64,000 bases of DNA, taken from the IMG/VR virus record IMGVR_UViG_3300034159_000059. One strand, 5' to 3'. A program made the translations under genes and the position numbers. Under the pieces are notes generated by a model that ran no database searches, had not been told where the DNA came from, and saw only the letters and a program-made list of their open reading frames with translations. This DNA is from a virus. This document shows, one piece after another, positions 1-8,551 of this stretch (position 1 is its first letter; each line of letters opens with the position of its first letter).

Positions 1-168
1 TGGAACCGGCTCCGAAAGTCTACAACGTTCCGTTCTGGCTCGGAGACCAAGCGCTACACGCCTCCCACCGCTCGAACCTGCTCCGGAAACGACCGGAGTG
101 GTACGGGCGACTAGGCTGGGTAGAAGGTCCAGACCTTCCATACGTCTGGCCAGTACGTTGTTCCGACG

Positions 169-363
169 TCACTTCTTCTCTGAGGGCGGCGGAGAGAGCA
201 GATCGTTGATGCCGGGTAGTCTTCGAATATCCTCCCGAGCAAGCTTCCAGGCTTGCTGGACGACCCAGGAAAGAGAACGATCCTGTCGCCCGGCTTCACG
301 GATGATCTCATCCAGCATCTCTTGCGGAAAGTAGAGGCTCTGCTTTCGCTTTTCACTGGCCAT
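169..363 (-). CDS. ribbon-helix-helix (CopG/Arc-like) small DNA-binding protein
   Basis: 64-aa ORF MASEKRKQSLYFPQEMLDEIIREAGRQDRSLSWVVQQAW resembles small RHH antitoxin-like family; internal Met chosen as start; region 1-650 has competing ORFs. Confidence 0.35.
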   Translation of the reverse strand: MASEKRKQSLYFPQEMLDEIIREAGRQDRSLSWVVQQAWKLAREDIRRLPGINDLLSPPPSEKK

Positions 364-651
364 GCCTCTCTTGTAAGTCGTAAGCAGGAGTGTGGGAAGA
401 GAGTCCACACATGGATGAGCGAGAGATGGAGATTCGGTGCGCCTGCTCCTGTCATACTGGGCGCCGTCCAGCCTGCGACATTACCGGGCCAGCCTGTTGT
501 TATCTTTGCGCTTGCGGCGCGCACATCAAACTCCCATTCGTCTCCGAACATCGAAGCAAGTGTCGAGACTTGACGAGAACCAAGACCGGTTACTGGAGAA
601 GACCTCCTCCGGTTCCTCTAAAACCTGAAACCCCACCCAGAGATCTTCCCG

Positions 652-1236
652 ATGATGATAGTGCTCTGTGACATCGACAGTTCCGTCGCCAACAACGACC
701 ACCGAACCCCGTACATAGAACCACCCTGCCCTCGATGCGGCCCTCTCGAAACCAACCCGAACTGTCCCGCGTGCCATGGGACTCGTATCGCAAAGCACAG
801 CGCAGACTGGGACGCCTTCTACCACCCCACCATGCTCGCCGCAGACAGTCCGATCGAGACCGCCAGGCCTGGGATTCAGAGACTCATCGAGCTCGACAGG
901 GCTAACAAAGCGGCGCTCTTCTTTCTCACCGGCCGTCCGGAGAGAACAAGACCCTCGACACTGAGTTGGTTGACGGGACATCTCTGGCCCGACATGCCTC
1001 TGACCAGAAGCATCGATCTCTCGAACGAAGACGGGCCTACCGTACTCCCAAGACTCCTCATGCGAGGAGATGCCGACCGAAGACACTCGGTGCAGTACAA
1101 AGAGATGCAGATCGTCCAATTCTCTGGACGTGGGGAATCTCTTCTCTTCATCGACGACGACCTTCGCAACAAGGAAATGTACAGCAAGTACGGGCTGTAC
1201 CTCAAAGCACCAGAGTGTTGGAGCGTTCTCTTCTGA
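652..1236 (+). CDS. HAD-superfamily phosphatase (PNK 3-phosphatase-like)
   Basis: HAD motifs: VLCDIDSSV (motif I DxD), FFLTGR (motif II), LLFIDDDLRN (motif IV DD); 194 aa. Confidence 0.6.
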   Translation: MMIVLCDIDSSVANNDHRTPYIEPPCPRCGPLETNPNCPACHGTRIAKHSADWDAFYHPTMLAADSPIETARPGIQRLIELDRANKAALFFLTGRPERTRPSTLSWLTGHLWPDMPLTRSIDLSNEDGPTVLPRLLMRGDADRRHSVQYKEMQIVQFSGRGESLLFIDDDLRNKEMYSKYGLYLKAPECWSVLF

Positions 1237-1291
1237 GCGCTGGCGACTAGCCCCTCACACGTAGCTCAAAGCGCATGAAAGGAGGAGCCCC

Positions 1292-1657
1292 GTGGGCTCT
1301 GAGAAACGCATCTTTGTCTTCGGATCGAACCTCGCAGGGCGGCATGGCGCAGGCGCCGCCCTGGCTGCCCGCCAGCAGTATGGAGCGATCCTCGGTCACG
1401 GGGTTGGAATGCAAGGGGACAGCTACGCCATTCCGACCAAAGACGGACACCTCCACCCCCTCTCTCTCGACGCCATCGCGAAGTACGTTCACGACTTCGT
1501 CGAGTTCGCCACGCAGAACCCTGGCCTGGCATTCACCGTAACACGTATCGGGTGCGGGCTCGCCGGATACACCGACAAACAGATCGCGCCTCTTTTCAGC
1601 AACGCACCAAACAACTGTGATCTCCCAAAAGGATGGAGAGAGCTGGGGTCGACATGA
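1292..1657 (+). CDS. SLOG/LOG-like Rossmann nucleotide-binding protein (DUF2493/YAcAr-like)
   Basis: IFVFGSNLAGRHGAGAALAA...GHGVGMQGDSYAIPTKDG glycine-rich Rossmann signature typical of SLOG superfamily; SD upstream. Confidence 0.5.
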   Translation: MGSEKRIFVFGSNLAGRHGAGAALAARQQYGAILGHGVGMQGDSYAIPTKDGHLHPLSLDAIAKYVHDFVEFATQNPGLAFTVTRIGCGLAGYTDKQIAPLFSNAPNNCDLPKGWRELGST

Positions 1658-2373
1658 GCGAAACCGAAGAAGTGACGAAGACTGTGTTGGAGGAGATCCA
1701 GAAGTTCGCGCAGATCATTCTGGAGAAGGCCAAAGAGAATCTGATACAAGACGGCTTCCTCCAGCGTGTCTGCTTCCTCTTCTGCGACGAGAAGAATGCG
1801 AACATCGAAGGAGCCACTAGGATCGAGCAGATCTACCCGCGGAGCGCCGATCCTTCGACTGCGGAGCAGGTGGTTGGGGTCGTCGTTTTGGATCTCTCCC
1901 CCAACGATTGGGGGCTGCTGGATATGATCTCCCAGTCGTCAGAAGGCGCCAAAGAGGCCATCGCCACGGGAGTGAATATCTCCCAGGCCTTCGGTGTGTC
2001 AGACAAAGATACGGCGAAACAGCTCTTGGATACATTCAAGAACGTCTTCGATGTCTCTCCGCAAGACATCATCGCGAAGTACATCCGACACATGGTCAAG
2101 AAGACACAGGCTTACGGCCTGATCCATGTGTCGGAGGGATGGGCCCTTCTCGATGCGACGGAGAGAAAGAGCAAGAGTCTCGCCGAGGATCCCAACTCTG
2201 TCGAGGTCATCATGCTCAATGTCCAAGCCAAGGGGTTCCAGAGCTTGACTACCGTGGTGTTCGAGCGGACGGAGCGTGATACCGGGAAGGTGGTTGGCTT
2301 CAAAGAGCCCAAAGTCTCTACATCACGCGACGGTACAGAGCTCGCGGGAAGGCTCGCCAACCTCATCAACTAG
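1654..2373 (+). CDS. hypothetical protein
   Basis: 240-aa ORF with ATGA overlap to upstream gene; no recognisable motif. Confidence 0.5.
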   Translation: MSETEEVTKTVLEEIQKFAQIILEKAKENLIQDGFLQRVCFLFCDEKNANIEGATRIEQIYPRSADPSTAEQVVGVVVLDLSPNDWGLLDMISQSSEGAKEAIATGVNISQAFGVSDKDTAKQLLDTFKNVFDVSPQDIIAKYIRHMVKKTQAYGLIHVSEGWALLDATERKSKSLAEDPNSVEVIMLNVQAKGFQSLTTVVFERTERDTGKVVGFKEPKVSTSRDGTELAGRLANLIN

Positions 2374-2406
2374 CTGTGCCACGCAGTACTAGAGAGGAGA
2401 CGCACA

Positions 2407-2535
2407 ATGGGGCAGGTTCCCGAGTCGTTGGAGAAGTACGCTGATGTCGCGCCGGAGAAGGTTTCCGTCCCCGTCGACACCGAGAAGCAGCAGAACACCC
2501 CGACCCCGGCGGATGCGCCGGAGAAGAAGGAGTAG
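2407..2535 (+). CDS. small acidic hypothetical protein (42 aa)
   Basis: ATG with AGAGAGGAGA SD; below ORF-track cutoff. Confidence 0.3.
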   Translation: MGQVPESLEKYADVAPEKVSVPVDTEKQQNTPTPADAPEKKE

Positions 2536-2541
2536 GGCGAC

Positions 2542-3465
2542 ATGGGCGGCGGATCATTCAAGGCGGTGGACTACACCAGCTACGCCACGAAGAAGGGTTT
2601 CATCGACCACACTGGCGCAGTGACCAACAAAAGCGCTCACGAGATCTTCACCAACTCCCACATCGCGCAGGCACTCGATCCGAAGAAGGCGAAGATCCGC
2701 GAGTCGTGCGACTCGGCCGAGCATCCGGAGTCGAATGCCATCATCTTCGGCCTCGACAACACCGGCTCGATGGGCTTCATCGCCAAGGCCATGGCGCAGC
2801 AGTCGCTCCCCATCCTCATGAAGGAGATCTACGATCGCAAGCCCGTGCCCGACCCGCAGGTCATGTTCATGGGCCTCAACGACCAGTCCTGCGGCGGACA
2901 CTTCCAGGTCTCGCAGTTCGAATCCGACATCCGCATCGCCGAACAGCTCGGAGAGCTGTGGCTGGAGGGTGGTGGAGGAAACAACGACTGCGAGAGCTAC
3001 TCGATGGGGTGGTACTTCGCTGCCAACCACACCAAGATCGACTGTTGGGAGAAGAGGAAGCAGAAGGGCTTCCTCTTCACCATCGGCGACGAGAAGCCGG
3101 ACGCTCACCTCGATCCTACCGAGATCGAGAGGGTGATGGGCTACAAGCCCCAGGGCGGTACGAACGCCAAGAAGCTTCTGGAGGCAGCCCGGAAGAGGTA
3201 CCACGTCTTCCACATCGTGGTGATGGAGGGCAACTACGCCCGCTCGAACCCGAGTGAGACCGTGACGGCCTGGAACAGCCTCCTCGGGGAAGATCACGTC
3301 ATCCAGCTCCACGACCACACCAAACTCGCCGAAGTCGCCGTGTCTGCGATCCAGATCGCGGCCGGCATGGATCCTACCGACGTGGCCAAGTCCTGGGATG
3401 ACAAGGGCACGAAGGCCGCGGTCGTCAAGGCTCTGAAGACCATCAAGCGCGTCGTGGAACTCTGA
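2542..3465 (+). CDS. von Willebrand factor A (vWA) domain protein with C-terminal KRVVEL tag
   Basis: MIDAS motif IIFGLDNTGSM (DxSxS), 307 aa; ends ...ALKTIKRVVEL, a motif shared by five other proteins in the window. Confidence 0.75.
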   Translation: MGGGSFKAVDYTSYATKKGFIDHTGAVTNKSAHEIFTNSHIAQALDPKKAKIRESCDSAEHPESNAIIFGLDNTGSMGFIAKAMAQQSLPILMKEIYDRKPVPDPQVMFMGLNDQSCGGHFQVSQFESDIRIAEQLGELWLEGGGGNNDCESYSMGWYFAANHTKIDCWEKRKQKGFLFTIGDEKPDAHLDPTEIERVMGYKPQGGTNAKKLLEAARKRYHVFHIVVMEGNYARSNPSETVTAWNSLLGEDHVIQLHDHTKLAEVAVSAIQIAAGMDPTDVAKSWDDKGTKAAVVKALKTIKRVVEL

Positions 3466-3761
3466 TGTTGGAGAGTTCAGAGAACACGCTGGAGCAAGAT
3501 CGACGGCGGCTCGAATACGAGCTCCTTGAGCAGAAGGACATCGTCCGTCAGCTCTACGCCGTCATCGTGCGCGGGATGGTGGTGCTGAAGCAACTCATCC
3601 GCGTCTTCGCGCTTGCTGCCTGCTGGTTCTGGTTAGGCAAGCGCGAGACATACTTCCTCGCTGGCTTCATCACGGTCATCGCCCTGGTGCAGCTTGTCAT
3701 CGACAAGACGCGCCAGACGGTGAATCCGAAGCTGAAGCTCAGTGAGTGGGACATCCTATAG
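3465..3761 (+). CDS. small membrane protein (2 predicted TM helices)
   Basis: hydrophobic stretches VFALAACWFWLG and LAGFITVIALVQLVI; ATGA overlap with vWA gene stop. Confidence 0.5.
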   Translation: MLESSENTLEQDRRRLEYELLEQKDIVRQLYAVIVRGMVVLKQLIRVFALAACWFWLGKRETYFLAGFITVIALVQLVIDKTRQTVNPKLKLSEWDIL

Positions 3762-3769
3762 GAGAAAAC

Positions 3770-4960
3770 ATGAAACACGTGACGGCGGTCATCGGGGCCA
3801 ACTACGGTGACGAAGGCAAAGGCCTTGTCACCGACTACCTGTGCAGCGACGAGATGGACCTAGTAGTCCGCTTCAACGGCGGGGCGCAGGCAGGACACAC
3901 CGTAGTGACTCCAGAAGGCCGCCGGCACGTGTTTCATCACTTCAGCTCCGGCTCTTTCAGGGGGGCGGCGACCTTCCTGAGCAAGTTCTTCATCCTCAAC
4001 CCCATCGTCTTCGTGAGCGAGCTGCTCGAACTGGGGGAGTTATCTCTCAAGCCGAAGATCTTCGTAGACAAGGACTGTCTCGTAACAACCCCATGGGACA
4101 TGCTCCTAAATCAGGCCTTCGAGAGCTTGACGAAACGTTGCGGGAGCTGCGGGCTAGGCATCAACGAGACGATGGTCCGCAGTCGGCAAGAGCGGTACGC
4201 CTTGCGCTTCGAAGATCTCATGAAGGGACTTGATTGGATTCGGCAACGCCTCCGAGCCATTCGAGAAGAGTACATCCCTGTACGTGCCCATGACTTGGGG
4301 GTCGAGCTCTCCAAACAAGAGCACGCGCTGAGCCTCAGTGAAGGGATGATGGAGCACTTCCTCTACGATCTAGGAGTTCTGATCGGAAGAGTTAGACCAG
4401 CTACCTGGGACAGAACGTTCGTGAGGGCTCAAGAAGGGATCGTCTTCGAAGGCGCGCAGGGGCTTCGTTTGGACATGAGCCATTCGAACTATCCCTACGT
4501 CACCCATTCGAAGACCGGTCTTCCGAACATCGTGGCGCTCATGAAGCAGGCTGAGATCAAAGACGCCCTCTCTGTCTACTACGTGACCCGCACGTATATG
4601 ACTCGTCACGGGGCCGGACCACTTCCACACGAGATCTTCGTGCTGCCGTATCCCGAGGTGACGGACCCGACCAACGTCACCAACCCACACCAGGGCATGC
4701 TTCGGTATGGATGGCTCGACTACGATCACCTGCTTGAGGAGATCCGGACTGACCTCAGCCGAGCGAAAGAGATCAGAGCTCTCCCCAGCGTGGCCATCAC
4801 CTGCATGGATCAGATCGACAACGACCAGATCCAGCTCGTCCGTGGAGGCAGAAGATCTGGTATTCGTATCGAGAACTTGGTGAAGAAGTTCTACGACTCA
4901 GAGATCCTGAGCTGCGTGGCCTCTTACGGGCCAACAAGAGATCACTTTCAAGAGTTCTAA
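3770..4960 (+). CDS. adenylosuccinate synthetase family protein (PurA/PurZ-like)
   Basis: N-terminal GANYGDEGKGL P-loop, NGGAQAGHTVV, FEGAQGLRLDMSHSNYPYVTHS and TRHGAGPLPHE align to the PurA GDEGKGK / GGHNAGHT / FEGAQG / GAGPFP motifs; 396 aa. Confidence 0.8.
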   Translation: MKHVTAVIGANYGDEGKGLVTDYLCSDEMDLVVRFNGGAQAGHTVVTPEGRRHVFHHFSSGSFRGAATFLSKFFILNPIVFVSELLELGELSLKPKIFVDKDCLVTTPWDMLLNQAFESLTKRCGSCGLGINETMVRSRQERYALRFEDLMKGLDWIRQRLRAIREEYIPVRAHDLGVELSKQEHALSLSEGMMEHFLYDLGVLIGRVRPATWDRTFVRAQEGIVFEGAQGLRLDMSHSNYPYVTHSKTGLPNIVALMKQAEIKDALSVYYVTRTYMTRHGAGPLPHEIFVLPYPEVTDPTNVTNPHQGMLRYGWLDYDHLLEEIRTDLSRAKEIRALPSVAITCMDQIDNDQIQLVRGGRRSGIRIENLVKKFYDSEILSCVASYGPTRDHFQEF

Positions 4961-5085
4961 CTCGGAGCTCTTGAGCTGTGGTAGTAGAAGTCCCCCGCAT
5001 AGCTCAACTGGCAGAGCACTCGGCTACTAGCGTCGAATAGGTTCCGGGTTCGATCCCCGGTGCGGGGTTTTGCTAGAGGGAGAAC

Positions 5086-5391
5086 ATGTTCAAAACACAG
5101 GCACTAGTAGAGAAGTGGGCCAGTACCCCCGCCTTCTTGGAACTCAGCAGGGCTCTCGGCCGCCTTGTGAGACAAGACATCGAATCAGTCTTGGCTCTTC
5201 TCAGGAAGGAGGCCATCCACGTCATCAAGCTGACGCACCTACCGAGACCGAGCCAGGAAGAGGCCGAGGGGATCGCCGACCGACCCAGCACGGACTTCCT
5301 CTCAGAGCCCAGATGGCACGATTTCCTGGGACCAGATGTCCGGGAAATCGTGCTGGAGCTGGAAAAGAAGCTTCACAGTTCCCAAACGTGA
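5086..5391 (+). CDS. hypothetical protein
   Basis: 101-aa ORF, GAGGGAGAAC SD. Confidence 0.45.
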   Translation: MFKTQALVEKWASTPAFLELSRALGRLVRQDIESVLALLRKEAIHVIKLTHLPRPSQEEAEGIADRPSTDFLSEPRWHDFLGPDVREIVLELEKKLHSSQT

Positions 5392-5401
5392 TGGAGGAGT
5401 T

Positions 5402-5887
5402 GTGGCCTACGCACAAAAAACGACAGTTCCGGTTGAGCGATCGAAGATGGAGATCGAGCGTACCCTTTCGAACTATGGGGCTTCGCAGTTCGTCTCTGGA
5501 TGGGACGAAAAGAAGGGACAGGCCGTAGTTCAGTTCCAGATGCGCGATCGACGCATCCGCTTCATCGTAGAGCTTCCGAAATCGGAGGAGTTACGGACCT
5601 TCGAACGCAAGACACGGACTCGTCTCAAGGTCGTTGAGAGAACGGACTCTCAGGTCTCTAAGGAGAGGGAGCAGGAACTCCGACGTCGCTGGAGAGCTCT
5701 TCTCTTGGTCGTCAAAGCGAAGCTGGAGGCCGTAGACAGCAACATCTCTAGCTTCGACGAAGAGTTCATGGCTCACATCGTCACCGAGAGCGGCAGGACC
5801 ATCGGCGAGATGATCATTCCTCAGCTCGACAAGGTGGCGGCTTCTGGGCACCTGCCTCCACTGCTTCCAGGGAAGTCTGAGAAGTAG
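5402..5887 (+). CDS. hypothetical protein
   Basis: ORF in frame 5336-5887; start uncertain (GTG 5402 or ATG 5447). Confidence 0.4.
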   Translation: MAYAQKTTVPVERSKMEIERTLSNYGASQFVSGWDEKKGQAVVQFQMRDRRIRFIVELPKSEELRTFERKTRTRLKVVERTDSQVSKEREQELRRRWRALLLVVKAKLEAVDSNISSFDEEFMAHIVTESGRTIGEMIIPQLDKVAASGHLPPLLPGKSEK

Positions 5888-6008
5888 GTCGCACTCAACA
5901 CTGGACAACTCGTCGAGAGACGTTAGGATACGGATATGACCTCCTCACTAGTCCGCTAGCCCCGCCCGTCACTACTGCATCGGACGTCAGGATCTTCCCC
6001 TCGGCGTC

Positions 6009-6347
6009 TTGTGTGCTCAGCTCATTCATGCCGCTGGTGAATCCAGCCCCGGCAACCTCCCGTCAGGCACCTACGCTGTCGCCCTTGCGGCGCGCGACGA
6101 AACACACCTGCTTGAGGTGGAAGAGCGCTTAAAAGAGCGCGGAATTCCTCACGTTTCGATTCGAGAGCCAGATGCGCCATGGAACGGCGCACTGATGACC
6201 ATCGGTATTCCGCCGATGGTTTGGAGAGAAGCGAGGAGAGCGCTCTCGTCTCTTCCGCTTCTGGGAGCAAAACATGAAGTGGAACAAGCGACTTCTCAGG
6301 CAAGAGATCGAGAAGACCACCATCCATCTCATAGTGCTGAAGGGTGA
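6009..6347 (+). CDS. peptidyl-tRNA hydrolase PTH2-family protein (possibly N-terminally truncated or alternative start)
   Basis: LCAQLIHAAG...NGALMTIGIPPM...LSSLPLL align with PTH2 AAQxxHAA...GxITxxGIGP...DLKLL; in-frame upstream residues (from 5952) continue the similarity but no canonical start is present. Confidence 0.55.
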   Translation: MCAQLIHAAGESSPGNLPSGTYAVALAARDETHLLEVEERLKERGIPHVSIREPDAPWNGALMTIGIPPMVWREARRALSSLPLLGAKHEVEQATSQARDREDHHPSHSAEG

Positions 6348-6627
6348 GATCCGTGCCTCCGGTCACCTGACCACCAACGTGGAAGGGAGAGATCTTGCGA
6401 AGCTCAAGAAGCAGGCGACGCTCCTCTGCTCCATAGCCGCTCACTCCAGGGGAAAGCTGCACCTGACCTCTCGATGGAGCGAGGTCGATAGAGTGTTCTA
6501 CCCTCTGACCGAGGAGGATCAGCAGAAGCTCATCGAGAAGGATGTCGGAAGGTTCCGACTACCGGATGAGCCCCTTGCCGACTCCGGGACCTACGTCTGT
6601 TGTGGTGCCGGAAGAGGTGTTGTTTGA
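6274..6627 (+). CDS. hypothetical protein
   Basis: 117-aa ORF; its 3' end lies in a tandem degenerate repeat. Confidence 0.3.
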   Translation: MKWNKRLLRQEIEKTTIHLIVLKGEIRASGHLTTNVEGRDLAKLKKQATLLCSIAAHSRGKLHLTSRWSEVDRVFYPLTEEDQQKLIEKDVGRFRLPDEPLADSGTYVCCGAGRGVV

Positions 6628-6743
6628 AGGGAAGATCAATGAAAGCTCATCGAAAAGGACGCACCAAGGTTCCAGCTTCCCGACGAGCCCCTCGCCGAGA
6701 GCGGAACTTACATCTGCGCGACATCATCGGCGTCCTAGGAAGG

Positions 6744-6941
6744 ATGACTCGGAGAGAGCGTCACTGGGCCATCCTGCACTTGTCTGAGCTGGAGTATCGG
6801 GACGATCGTCTAGCTGAGCTGAAAGAACAGGACATGGCACGTTCCGGCGGGCTAGCGAGAGCGGCAGCGCTCACCCCAGAACGGCGCTCTGAGATCGCCA
6901 AGAAAGCAGCCCTGTCGAGGTGGAGAAAGCCCAATGAGTGA
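6744..6941 (+). CDS. small putative DNA-binding protein
   Basis: 65 aa, AGGAAGG SD; C-terminus ...TPERRSEIAKKAALSRW resembles small phage regulator/antitoxin tails. Confidence 0.4.
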   Translation: MTRRERHWAILHLSELEYRDDRLAELKEQDMARSGGLARAAALTPERRSEIAKKAALSRWRKPNE

Positions 6942-7209
6942 CTCACTACAAAAGGCTCTGCAAGAAGAGTACGTCATCGTTCGGGAAGCGCTGACCATGG
7001 GGCCTAACGCTAGACGAACTCCGAACGCAGACGAGGTCATCGAATTCATCGAGAAGGATGCCGATGACGCAGCAGCAGACCTCGCAGAATCCATCGTGGC
7101 AGACGCCATGGACTCTCGTGGGTTCATCCGAGGAGCCGCCTTCGCCCTCAACATGACGGTCAGAGAGCTCTTCGACGCGGAAGAAGTGGCCTCTCCGAGC
7201 AAGACGTAG
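6934..7209 (+). CDS. acidic hypothetical protein
   Basis: 91 aa, GGAGAAAG SD, start overlaps upstream stop. Confidence 0.4.
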   Translation: MSDSLQKALQEEYVIVREALTMGPNARRTPNADEVIEFIEKDADDAAADLAESIVADAMDSRGFIRGAAFALNMTVRELFDAEEVASPSKT

Positions 7210-7291
7210 TAGCCGAGGTCCGTCGCATCGACGGACCTCTCTCTTTTGGAGTAGCGCATGCGTGCGTCTGTACGGGTTTCTAGAAACCTAC

Positions 7292-7325
7292 TTGACAGCA
7301 TGAGAGGCACTCTCCTATCTTGGCC
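7292..7325 (+). promoter_or_regulatory. sigma70-like promoter candidate (TTGACA -35)
   Basis: TTGACA at 7292 followed about 17 nt later by weak -10 like TATCTT; in a 330-bp noncoding gap. Confidence 0.25.
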
Positions 7326-7507
7326 GTGATGACGCTCTTGACCCATACGCGGTGGCAGAAAAGCATGTCGGTCGAACCGACAAGCTCGTCCGCCGTGTAT
7401 TCGCTACAAGAGTGCGATTCCAAGCGTCTCCCGGCCCAGAACCCAGCATTTGCCATCGGTACCTGGCCCGGCCCCTAGAAGAGACACCCCCAGAGGGTAA
7501 ACTTCCA

Positions 7508-7550
7508 GAGGGCCGGGCGAGCGAAAGCTCCTCGGCCCTCTTCGTTTCTG
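7508..7550 (+). terminator. hairpin plus T-rich tract (terminator-like)
   Basis: GAGGGCCG ...17 nt... CGGCCCTC followed by TTCGTTTCT. Confidence 0.3.
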
Positions 7551-7592
7551 AGGAGGATCTGTGGTGACGAGGGTCGGAGGTCATGGTAGGGT

Positions 7593-7979
7593 TTGGTTAC
7601 TGTGCCTTACCAAGACCCGAAAAAGAAGCTAGAGTACCAGCGACGGTACCAAACCAACAACAGAGCAGCTCTTCTGGAGAAGAAGAAGGAACGCCGTGAA
7701 GAGCAGCGACGCTTCATCTGGGACGCGAAGCGGCGACCGTGCAAGGACTGCAAAAAGAGCTTCAATCCCTGGATCATGGACTTCGACCATGTTCGAGGGA
7801 AGAAGCGCTTCAACCTGAACCGACTGTGTAAGGTTTCAGCATCCTGGGAGACCATCAAAGAGGAGATCGAGAAGTGTGATGTAGTGTGCTCCAACTGCCA
7901 TCGGGAGCGGACTCATCGCAGAGCTGGAAGAAGAGATAGGGGACGATCCGGGATCAACGTGGTCTCCAAAACCGCGTAG
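7593..7979 (+). CDS. HNH homing endonuclease
   Basis: DFDHVRGKKRFN...CSNCHRERT HNH motif; TTG/GTG start; precedes tRNA cluster. Confidence 0.65.
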   Translation: MVTVPYQDPKKKLEYQRRYQTNNRAALLEKKKERREEQRRFIWDAKRRPCKDCKKSFNPWIMDFDHVRGKKRFNLNRLCKVSASWETIKEEIEKCDVVCSNCHRERTHRRAGRRDRGRSGINVVSKTA

Positions 7980-8008
7980 CAGAGTTCAACACTCTGGTCC
8001 CCTGCCAT

Positions 8009-8082
8009 GCTCCGGTAGCTCAGCAGGCAGCAGCGCCGGTTTCGTAAACCGGAGGTCGTCGGTTCGATTCCGACTCGGAGCT
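8009..8082 (+). tRNA. tRNA-Thr(CGT)
   Basis: cloverleaf: acceptor GCTCCGG/TCGGAGC, anticodon loop TTCGTAA, T-loop GGTTCGATTCC. Confidence 0.8.
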
Positions 8083-8089
8083 CTGAAGT

Positions 8090-8160
8090 GCGGTCATCGT
8101 CCAGTGGAAGGACGCGAGCTTGCCATGTTCGAAACGCGGGTTCAAATCCCGCTGACCGCT
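8090..8160 (+). tRNA. tRNA-Gly(GCC)
   Basis: acceptor GCGGTCA/TGACCGC, anticodon loop TTGCCAT, T-arm GCGGGTTCAAATCCCGC. Confidence 0.8.
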
Positions 8161-8176
8161 TGAAGTAGCAGTACAT

Positions 8177-8259
8177 GCCGACGACGTCAGGGACGGCCCC
8201 TGAGCTGACTGTAAATCAGATGCCTTCGGGCTAAGAAGGTTCGACTCCTTCCGGCGGCA
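8177..8259 (+). tRNA. tRNA-like, type II with candidate GTA (Tyr) anticodon; irregular D region
   Basis: T-arm GAAGGTTCGACTCCTTC, loop CTGTAAA between CTGA/TCAG, variable hairpin GCCTTCGGGC; acceptor has one mismatch and extra nt before D stem. Confidence 0.35.
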
Positions 8260-8380
8260 CTTGCAGGACCCGTACTCGAACTCGTGTCGAGGCGGTAGCG
8301 CTGGTCTCTGACAACCGAATCGCAGTGACAACTGAGAGGGACGGAGCGATTTCGTCTCCTGCTCTGCTCCCTCTCTTCAT

Positions 8381-8452
8381 GCCTTCGTAACTCAACGGTA
8401 GAGTAGCGGCCTTTTAAGCCGAGAGCTCTCGGTTCGAATCCGAGCGGAGGCA
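8381..8452 (+). tRNA. tRNA-Lys(TTT)
   Basis: acceptor GCCTTCG/CGGAGGC, anticodon loop CTTTTAA, T-arm CTCGGTTCGAATCCGAG. Confidence 0.8.
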
Positions 8453-8459
8453 CTTTCTT

Positions 8460-8533
8460 GGGAGTGTAACTCAACGGACTAGAGTAGCGGCCTCTTAAGC
8501 CGAAAGTTGGGGGTTCGAATCCCCCCACTCCCA
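8460..8533 (+). tRNA. tRNA-Lys(CTT)
   Basis: acceptor GGGAGTG/CACTCCC, anticodon loop CTCTTAA, T-arm GGGGGTTCGAATCCCCC. Confidence 0.8.
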
Positions 8534-8551
8534 CTCTTTGGAGGAGACAGG

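Noticed and set aside
526-1119. 197-aa - strand ORF overlapping the HAD phosphatase
   Set aside because: The + strand frame has complete HAD motifs I-IV; the antisense frame has none.
2554-3318. 254-aa - strand ORF antisense to the vWA gene
   Set aside because: The + strand frame carries the MIDAS motif and conserved tail; the antisense frame is low complexity.
8260-8380. A possible additional tRNA or intron between the tRNA-like locus (8177-8259) and tRNA-Lys(TTT)
   Set aside because: No T-loop or acceptor pairing could be built; only local hairpins.
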